Assembly: GCF_002113885.1 (NCBI RefSeq)
Contig: NW_018408801.1
Coordinates: 115,060 to 179,059, forward strand
DNA: 64,000 bases
DNA from: Mizuhopecten yessoensis
Lineage: Eukaryota
Direction: 5' to 3'
Part shown: positions 36,872-47,600 of the stretch, in pieces
How the letters are laid out: each line of letters starts with the position of its first letter
How positions within the stretch are numbered: position 1 is the stretch's first letter
Translations under genes and position numbers: made by a program
Notes under the pieces: generated by a model
What the model was told of the DNA's origin: nothing
Seen by the model: the letters and a program-made list of their open reading frames with translations, nothing else
Databases searched by the model: none

Positions 36872-37122
36872 GGGCCGGTATTCATGAAACCGTTCTCATA
36901 CTCAAACTTAGATTGTGTACTCATGCCCAATTTCCTTATCCGGTGATAAATGTTTAATATTTCACATTTTTATAATTATTTGGAAGAATTCTGGGAGACC
37001 TGAAGCAGAATACTGTTTTCAGAGTTTACACCAGATTTTTGTACTGATTTAAGCGAGTTACAGGAATGTTTGAACACAGAATACATGCTTGAGTATGAGA
37101 ATGGTTTCATCAATACAGGCCC
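36872..37122. mobile_element. PIF/Harbinger (ISL2EU-like) MITE
   Basis: ~34-bp TIRs gggccggtattcatgaaaccgttctcatactcaa / ttgagtatgagaatggtttcatcaatacaggccc, flanked by AT on both sides. Confidence 0.7.
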
Positions 37123-38017
37123 ATGTGCTTGCTTGTTTCCCGACTGGTACCGAGTACTCGTTACACATGTTTTACTATAACGTGTATAGGTCAATATTTG
37201 TGCTCGGTACATGTGCTGGGTAATGTTTTACTACAACATGTACATGTTGATGTTTGTGCCCGGCACATGTTCTGCGTCAGGTTTGTTCTATAACGTGTTC
37301 CTGAAATGTGATTGCTAGTCCTGTATGACATGAAACTTTCGCGGTGTTTACTTTCGAAGTTACAACGGAACCACAAATATGACTAGTACAGCGATTAGGT
37401 TGACAATTTACCTGATTTAAACTCAAATGTAACGACAGTAAACGAACATGTGTAGTAATGAAATTATGCTTACAAATAAAGTACCCCGAATATTTCCTGT
37501 TATACAGTATTAGAATTTGATTGGATACAAACTATTTTTTTATATAAGAAAAAAATGTTTATAATTAAACTATTATATTTAAAATTTCTACTTTTTGCTT
37601 TGTTTTTGTTCAGGACTTATGTGTTAATATGTCTTTAAAATACGGTAGATGGTAAGTACGTTTTTGAATGATCTGTTGGATATTCAGCTGATAAAGATAA
37701 CTTCGTGAGGATGTCTTTCTTGGTAACACGATGACTCCGGTCACATCTTACAATCTTGTTTGATGTGAATCCAATCTCTACACGATGGTTACACCGAGCG
37801 ATTTTTCAGCTCGTCCTTTGCCATCGTGGATACGAATTAGTTTCGAACTCGTTTGATCGCTTTTTTCGCGACTTTTTTGACCCCAGAAAAAGGAAGCGTG
37901 AAGAAAAACTGAAATCACTATTGTAGTTAATGTACGTAAACATTAATATATTAAGCACACGTTTATATTGATATAGCAACTACATGTATTCCGACATTCT
38001 TTAAGTGTAAGGGTACA

Positions 38018-39074
38018 TCAAAAGGTACAGTATCTTCGGACACACAATGGATAATTCCGGCGTGGAAATCTTTGACACAAGGAACACAGGGTATCTAACA
38101 GCAGAGGGGATATTTCTGATGGGTACGTTCCAGAGCGGTTTCCTGAAAAATACACACACACAGAAAGATGGCATTAGTATGTTTATTATATTTTAGACAG
38201 GGTTTCAGAGAAACAATGACCATAAGTCAACTGTTAGAACATTGAACAACAACTTCTATATTTAAGCGATGGTTTCAGGGAATCAACGACCTAATTTAAC
38301 TAAAAGAACATTGTACATCTACCTTGTGTGATCTATTTACTATTAAGTAGTGAACACTGAGTGTTAAGCCGTTAAGTAGGACACGCTATTCACCTCGTTG
38401 TGGATGATGTTGAATATAATTTCAGCAAGTTATTGAGCCGTTCTCCGTATTAATGTAACTTACGACACCCAAACTCATATTTTTATATAGCGAAATTTAT
38501 CAAGACAAAGTATCTAAAATTGTCAAGCACTAGCCTACCCTATTTGTTTAAGTATAGAGAATGGCCTTAGATTATCACATAAAACACAGATATAGACCAC
38601 TTACCGAGACATCTACTTAAAACTGAGTTATCGAGCACAACCTATGAGTTAACAAGTACGGAGTATTACATGAGAAAGGCATGATTAAGCACTTGTGTAG
38701 CTCGAAGAGACGCATATATTTGAAGCTGTCTTCGTTATTATTTTTCCAACGTTTTCGTTAAATATTCTACCGTAATATATACATGTTCACGCTTAAACGT
38801 TGATTATCTCTTGATTATTTTACGGTGAAGTTTGATGCATCATTATAAACTTCAGCGATGTATGATTTATGTAGATCAATAGCGACACAATATTACCTGT
38901 GTTCCCTGACCGCCTGTTCACTAGTGGCCACCGTGCTCCGATCCTGTTGTCAGCCCAGAAATTACCAAAAGGTCTGGTCTGGCCCTGCCACCGTTCTCTT
39001 CCGTATCCACTCGAGGTCACGTGGTATGTCATCACAAGTACGACTATACCGACACACAGACATCGTAAATCCAT
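38018..39074 (-). CDS. Orphan 100-aa secreted, Arg-rich, four-cysteine peptide precursor (two exons: 38897-39074 and 38018-38142)
   Basis: Spliced product MDLRCLCVGIVVLVMTYHVTSS|GYGRERWQGQTRPFGNFWADNRIGARWPLVNRRSGNTGNRSGTYPSEISPLLLDTLCSLCQRFPRRNYPLCVRRYCTF*. Signal-peptide-like N-terminus; phase-1 intron with GTAATA donor and TTTTTCAG acceptor; both exons are GC-richer than flanks; TATA-like tract ~95 bp upstream of the ATG. Confidence 0.72.
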
Positions 39075-39083
39075 TCCAAACTG

Positions 39084-39462
39084 TGACGTCTGCAAACCAG
39101 CAAACTTCAATGTTCAAATCCGTTACGTCAGGAAATCGCCAAATGTTAGTTTAACGAGATGTGAAAAATATATATATATATAAGAGTGCACTTAGGCTGG
39201 ACTGTATTTATCAAATTTGCTTTTTGCATATTCTAAACACATTGCCGCTAGCTGCTTTCGTATAACAATTCGAGGATATCAATGACAGACTGTCCACATT
39301 GCATCGGTAACAGTAAGCAAGAGCAATATTTTTTCTTAATTGCAATTAGTGATCTCACAATGATTTACTGCGCACTTCATGAAATCAATATGACAAATGC
39401 ATCGGACGGTGTTCCTTTTGACTGTGCAAGAGTACGTGTGTAGGGTGTAGACCCTGACGTCA
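39084..39462 (-). promoter_or_regulatory. Candidate promoter of the peptide gene: TATA-like tract and CRE/ATF sites
   Basis: TA tract at 39169-39182; TTACGTCA at 39123-39130; TGACGTC at 39084-39090; perfect TGACGTCA at 39455-39462. Confidence 0.4.
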
Positions 39463-41384
39463 CGGTATAAAATTGGACAGGCCAGACAGATTAATTTTAA
39501 GCCCACAGGCACACATTAACGTACCTGTCATTTTAATTGACGCGTATACATATAGTCTACACAAAGACACGTTCTACAACAGTTTTCTTTTCGTTTTATA
39601 TTGGATATTTTTTTCATATATGTCAATGAGTTTCAAGAAACATGAATTATTTTTCTTTTCGTGACAAAACAGTTTACAGAAACATGGATTTGTTTCCTTT
39701 TTGTCACAAAATTTACAGAAACATGAATAAAGTAATGCTTGATAACTTATGTAGCAATTTTATCTAAAATCATCTTTCTTAGGAAGTTTTTTATGGAAAG
39801 CATGACAGCAAAACAAGACAACATCATCCATTACTTTGGATATTAAAAGCGATGATCAATCACGTGCATTTTTAACAGGAGTTATAATTGTCTACAGACC
39901 CTACCGTACCGACAATTACTGGTGAGGCAGGCAATGATTGTGAGAGCGCTTTGTTATCTGGTGAGTCACTGTCGGTAGCCATGTTAAATCATCATAATCA
40001 CATTCTTAGTGTGCAGGTTAGTTATTAACATCCTAAAACAAAATAAGTCTAGACTAATGTTAATTTTTATACTCTCAGTTTTATTTATAATTTCTCCGTC
40101 TTCAAGCCAAAATCGTGCATTTTGTTACATAATCATCTATTCCCTCAAAAACCGCAGTACCACAAATTAAATTTCTTATTATTTAGCATTTGTGTAACAC
40201 CTCAGGTTGATAACAAATAAATACATGAATCACTATAAAAATATACCTATTCGAATGATCAATTATTGAAAAAGGAAAACAAACAAATACTGAAGTGTTT
40301 ATAAACTCTTCACAATGTCTTAAACAATACTCTTGAATAAACATAAATAATTACATGCAAGCAGAGAATGAACCAAGCGGAATTAATCAATTTACTTACA
40401 CATATTATGCAGCAGTATGCGGATATATTTTGAAATTATACTACATCGTTCATCAAGCATGATTATAAAATTATCTATCATGTTATAAAATAGAATTTAG
40501 ATATCACATTCAGAGAGTAATCAACAGTAATATCGATATTTATATCATCTCGCTCCAAATCTGACTGGATATGTTCATTTCTTATCTGCTAATAATTAAT
40601 GTCAACCTTTCAATGTTGCTGATGTGTGCGAATAATCACTATGAAGCAGCCACTTATAATGAGCATCATTGTGTAGCGATTGCGTTCGATTTGTATTCAT
40701 AAAAATTCTTAAACAATAATGGTCAAAACAGACATTATTAAATAGAAGTTCCATAACATATTTATTAGTAATACAAAGCAAGGTAACACAGACTGTATTT
40801 AATCAATGCGGAAATCCAAAGTAAGCATTTACCTCATCATATGGTCATTTAATCCGTTAAAGACACATAAGTGGTACTCAAAATCAAAATTATGGAAATC
40901 CGTGTCCAAAGTGATCAAAAATATACTTAAAATTACGAGAAAAACATAAAAGTGCCTTTAAAATAATAACAAGTAAAAAATTACTACTTTTCGCTGCAAA
41001 CTGTGCAAGAATATATTTAAGCCACAAGGTAACAATCCAATGTTGTTACCAGCCCTCTTTTCAATGTGTTTTTAACACAACTGTTCATAATCTTTGGCTC
41101 ATACCAGTATGTGGCAATAACTTTAACCTACCTGTATATAGCAGAATGATAATATAATACCAAGTATGTGGCAATAACTTTAACCTACCTGTATATAGCA
41201 CCTGTCATAGACATCTTGTTTAACGAAAATAGATAATTAAAAAAATCATATAGTACTATCTAACATCAATTATAATAAAACATTATTTGATTGTGATTCT
41301 ATGTAATATAAATCATAAAAATTGTATCACATGTACCCATAACTATTTCAAAATATAATTTATAACAGTGTTATATGTCCAGAG

Positions 41385-41607
41385 TTATTTTGATTTCACA
41401 GAAATCATTTCAATGGTCTTTCGTAACATTTCTTCCCAGTTATCCTCTTTTTTCATTTCCTGTGATTTTGTTTCTTTTGTGAGAAGTGACGCAACCTCGG
41501 CGTTGTCGACGGGCGTTAGTCCAGCAGAAATAACAGCTTCCTGGAACTTCTTCACAGAAGCGGTTGCTATGATTACCCTGGGAGGGCGCCTGTCTGTGTT
41601 TTGTTTA
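41385..41607 (-). CDS. THNSL2: THNSL2 last exon
   Basis: [21 protein letters not shown]...[21 protein letters not shown]. Confidence 0.92.
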
Positions 41608-44600
41608 CTAAAGGACAAGAAAGAAATATGTACTTTTGACGTGTAGCGCATGACAGTTATAGCACATAAATAAATACATATTTTTGCAAGGAAAAAGGAT
41701 TTTGCCTTATTCCTGCCAAACTTTGACCATATTTTTGTCAAAAAAAAAAAATCATCATTGTAAAACACGGCGAATAAACGATTTCCGGTTTAGAAGGGGA
41801 TATTTCGTTAGGGATGATTTAAAATCGTTTATAGGTATCAAATTCCGGTAATGTAGGGATAACCATACCTGTCCAGGTCCCGGTAGTGGTATGCCACGCC
41901 TATCGCTGTATGTGGGCACACGTGGTACTGGTCCTTCTCAAACGTCCGGCGCATTGTCTGTCTCACTACGTCGTCATTGGCGACAAATGTCTCGACAATG
42001 ATTTCTTTGGTCTAGAACAAAACAGAGAAAGCATTCTTTAATATCCTAATTTTCCATCATAAAACAACTATTGTACTGTACACAAGTTATAGTTTGTTCA
42101 TCATTCAAATGTACGGTCATATTAAGTATAATTATGACGTATTTCGCAGCAATCCTAAACAACGCCAGATTGAGCTGCGTTTATGGTTGCAGTATACCAT
42201 GTATTCAAATATAGTGATATGATTCAAATGTTAACGTTTTAGTTACTTGTTTACTAGGTAATGAAAACATTGTTATTATACAATATAACTTGTTTACTAC
42301 ATAATATAAACGTTGTTATTATACAATATAACTTGTTTACTAGGTAATGAAAACATTGTTATTATACATTATAACTTGTTTACAAGGTAATGAAAACATT
42401 GTTATTATACAATATAACTTGTTTACTAGGTAATGAAAACATACAATATAACTTGTTTACTAGGTAATGAAAACATTGTTATTTTACAATATAACTCGTT
42501 TACTAGGTAATGAAAACATTGTTATTATACAATATAACTTGTTTACTAGGTAATGAAAACATTGTTATTATACAATATAACTTGTTTACTAGGTAATGAA
42601 AACATTGTTATTATACAATATTGCTTGTTTACTAGGTAATGAAAACATTGTTAATATACAATATAACTTGTTTACTACATAACCTTGTTTACTAGGTTAT
42701 GAAAACATTGTTATTATACAATATAACGTGTTAACTATGTAATGAAAACAATTATTATACAATATAACTTGTTTACTAGGTAATGAAAACATTGTTATTA
42801 TACAATATAACTTGTTTACAACATAATATAAACGTTGTTATTATACAATATAACTTGTTTACTAGGTAATGAAAACATTGGAAATATACAATATAACTTG
42901 TTTACTACGTAATGAAAACATTGTTATTATACAATATAACTTGTTTACAACATAATATAAACGTTGTTATTATACAATATAACTTGATTACTATTTACTG
43001 AAAACGTTGTTAATATACAATATAACTTGTTTACTACATAATATAAACGTTGTTATTATACAATATAACTTGTTTACAATGTAATGAAAACATTGTTATT
43101 ATACAATATTGCTTGTTTACTAGGTAATGAAAACATTGTTATTATACAATATACTATGTAATGAAAAAAAAACTCACATTGCATAATTGGAAAAGCACCC
43201 CTTTCACTGAATAAAAAGCACCAATTGTAAAAAAAAATCCATATTAGATTATTAAATTGTCATGAAAAATGAGAACACTTTGCAGGGCATGATAAAGCAT
43301 CCTAAATACAATTAAAACAAAAAACAAGAAAACAAAAAAAAAACGTTTTATTTATGTTCTACGTCCTACATTTGATCAATACAGTACATGTTTATTTGTA
43401 ACATACGAACCGTTAGTCACGCTATTGAAGATTTTCCTTTGTATCTTGTATAACTCTCCTAAGTAACATGTTTGTACACGAGTGTAAATGTATATGTCTA
43501 TGTACAAGATTTATCATGCCATGAACAAATATAAAACATAATTTCTACAATGCCTTGCTGTGTTGCTCTTATTTTTATACCTGTCACCTAGTGACAATTA
43601 ATGGGACAGGTATGGGTATCTAAACAACGTCATTATGAGTGTTAACTCCGTAGGGTCTGTTGTCTATCAAATGTCACACATCTGCACCAGACTTAATACA
43701 CATCTGCACCAGACTTAATAAATTTACCGACTTTTCCAACTGAACTTTCCTCGTCTGGTCGGTAAATAATGACAAGAAGTTGATTTAGGGGGCATGCAAT
43801 GTGTGTATAGGAACAGAGTCAGGATTTAAAACTACAGTTCAAGCTAAGAACAACTGAATAGGTACCAGCACATTTGCTCACAAACAAGAAACACAACGTG
43901 AGAATGAAGATAAACCCGAAAATGCTTATTATCGTAGAAGGAGGATGTTTCGAAGAGTGCATTTACATGTTAACAATAGGAAAGGTACATGTGTATTGAG
44001 GTCAACATTTTGCTCAATATGGGTTGTTTAAAGTAACTTTGATTCATTGTAGAGTTGGGAGCTAGGTTCGCCTACATATACTAAATATTTATTTTTACCT
44101 TTTCAACGATGTCAGTCGGCAGCTGAACCTTTCCCGTGCTTTCAAATTCGTCCATCAATGCCTTGATACGCGGTGCGTTACCGCCTGTCACCATGTACCA
44201 GATCCTCTCCATATTGTAGGGTACCTTACACAATTCAAAACAGCCATTATTTACCACCATGTACCAGATCTTCTTCATATTGTAGGGTACCTAACACAGT
44301 ACAATACACCCATTACCACCATGACCATATCTTCTACATACTGTAGGGTACCTTACAAAAGTAAAATCGTCATAATGGTAAGCAATTACTACGAGGCGCT
44401 TTACTTTAGTTTAAACAGTATTTTATTCAATATATGGCAGTGACAAAATAATACAAAATCAACAAAGAGGATTCGAAAACAAGTACATAATAGTACTTAT
44501 ATTAATTCGTCTCCTTATTAATAAACCTGGTAGTAGGACGGCACTGTTACATATATTTTGATAGTATAACAGACAAAGAGAAGAAGAAGAAATCAGGGGG

Positions 44601-47600
44601 GAGGGAGGAAGGGGTGCATCAGGAAATGAAAGAAAGTGGTTATGAAGAGAATAACGAGAAGAAATGCATTGCTTAATTGAATCTGGTTGGAATGTGATTC
44701 ATGAAAAGGTAACCCTAATGAGCGTTATATAAGGATGCATTAAATACATTGGACATCTCTAAATTGCTTTACGTTGATTCCAATCAAAAAGTATACTGAT
44801 ATCCTGCAAAATGCAAGAGTGTTGTAGTCTATATTAATTCAGGCATCAGGCTCTAGATCCTTTCCATATTGACGGGTACCGAAAACAAATGACATCTTCA
44901 TGATGATATCTAAGTAATACTTCCAGTCATTATGTTCTAGATCATGTCCATACTGTTGGGTTCATAATACAAAATAAAGTCGTTATAATGATAGATAATT
45001 AATATGTGGGGCGTTACCTCCGGTCCCCATGCTCCAGATACTCTCCATATTCTAGGGTACCCAAAACAATACAATAAAAACCCGTTTATAATACCTTACT
45101 AATACAATCTTGTTAGGTACTTGGATTTTCTTCAAACTTTGAATTCATTGCAGTCCTTAATACGATTTTAAGTTGATATGGATACGAACTTTACATTCTT
45201 GCACTTGTTTGATCTGACGAAGCTGCAATTATTTTGTTAGATTTGGAACTTGTAAAGGCTGAATTTGAATGTGATAAAATGGACACAAAACTTCAATCGA
45301 AATATTGGTTGTTGTGTTTTTATATTTTGCTACTGATTTTCATAAAACCCAACACCTTAATCGGCAGCGAAGCTTCTTAACCTATAGCTATGTGTTGATG
45401 GATTGACGCAAGACATACATGTTATTGCGCCTGTTAAAGTTGCTATGCTAAAATATGAAGTGCACTGCTTCATACAGCTGCTTCGTCCTTCTAAGACTTA
45501 TAGATGATGCCTCTGTGAAACCATCCAGTACCCACCACTACAGTGCCTATTTTGGCTTTGATATAAACAGTTTCTCGGTCGTCTTTGCTATGTCATCTGT
45601 TCCAAAGCAAATTATAGTTTTGTCCACCTTTTTCCTATTTCGAATTAATCGAGCATGCTACATTGTATGTGCTATCGGAGATTTCTTCAAATGCCGCTCC
45701 AGATATTGATGTACATACAATGTTTTTGTTTTGAAGCTCAATGTGTTTGCAGCTGGAATGACCCGATGTTAGGCATTTATTTGCTTCTTGGAGGGATTCT
45801 TCGTCTTGCGATTCTTTGTTTTCGTTGTTGCTCCAAGCTGTCTCACGCTGGCCCTCTTTGATTGCTGCAGCATATTGTCCATAGATTTCACTGTCAGATT
45901 CTTTTACAGTCTCTTTGCAAATGACCACTTTCACCACAGTAGTAACATTGTCTTTCGTATTTATCACAATCACGGATCAAATATGGTTGCTAGACTGGCA
46001 CCTACTACAATGTCTTGCACTTGACGAAGAGAATTTGTTTGGACATCTGTAATAAGGATGACTTATTTCTCTACTCCTAAACCATTTGGTTCTGTTGTTA
46101 TCAGCAAATATTCTAACTTGGAATCTGCCAAAACATGTTAGACCACACTGTCGGTCATTTAGTAGGGAATGTCTTTGATTTTTATATTTGTAACAGTTTT
46201 TCCCGTTTTAAATACTTTTATTGACTGGACTTTTTGTTCTATTCCATCTACTGTAAGAGTTAATTTTTGTCACATGGTACGCAGTTGCAACAATCACATG
46301 GTTTCAGTGATCTGGGCCAACCTTTTCTTTCTGAAACACTTCCTCCAATCCTATTACAACTTATTCGTTGTTGATCCCTCACAGAAATCTGTGATTGAAA
46401 TGGAGAGACATAGGTCTCTGTAACTGTTGGGACATCAATTTCGAACGCGGGGAGTAGAACTCAGTTGGTTAGAGAAGTGATCGTCTCTTAGTCTCTCTAG
46501 GAAAAAACTGTAATTCCAGAAAATTTACACTTTCCAAAGCATTGGAAATGTTATGGTTACGTTCGCAATTGAAAAGGATGGAACATAAGGGCGAATATTG
46601 GACACACACGGTCGATTTAAAAAGCAAATCAGAGTCTCGACAAATTACCAACATCGTCGATAAAGGGTAGACCACTCAACTATGTGGAAATTCAATACTC
46701 TTACCTAATATGTTGGGTTATGGTTTGGGTGACAGTATGTCATACCCTCAGAAAAGGAAACATCACTTTAACACAAGCTGGCAAAGATGTGAAATCAGAT
46801 GTGCAAAACTTTGGGGTGTAACTGACTCATGTATGACACTTTTAGATTGGTACCATGGACATTTTATTTTTCTCGACTACTCCGTCAGTTACGGTCAATC
46901 GTAACCTTGAACTATAAATTAATTCAAAGTTACCTGTATGTCCATGGCCGTGGCAAGCGTCTGTGTGACGGTGTCTGCCATGGAGTAGTCCCCATTCCTC
47001 ACGGTTCTGTCGACAATATCATTGGTAGTTACGGCACACACCAGTCGTAGGGGAACGCCCATCAGTCGAGCCAGACAGCCCGCTATGTGTGCATACAAAA
47101 CATTTACTTTGAGTTAACAACATCATATCAATTACGACATGGGAAAAGAATCAATTAAGTTTTAAAAAAAATCAGTACATGCAAAATAATGTTGCATTAT
47201 ATATCAATACATATAATATTTTTCGTTTCTATATGACAAGACAATTAACACAGACAAATACCACACCAAGCTTCTGAATAAAACTATAAGTACAAAAGTT
47301 AAGACGATTTTATATTAATTTGCTTTAAAGCAATTGCTACACAACTAACAGACATTAAGACAAGGATTTCCATTTGTTTTATCGTAGGAATCAATGGACG
47401 AAACGGGCACATGTTACAAAACACATTTACTTTGTTCGGTTTTCTGTATTTACTGTTTATCGTATTTTAATCGTTTCCTTACTTCCGTATTTCTAGTGTT
47501 TATTTAAGCACAAACCATACTATTACCACAGGCATCCACATCCGTACGAATACTTTGATAAGGAGTGTATAAAGGCAAACAATGTATGTTACATGTATAT

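Noticed and set aside
45635-45973. 112-aa ORF as an independent nested gene
   Set aside because: Partly an off-frame reading of a decayed retroelement ORF1; the zinc knuckles are in another frame.
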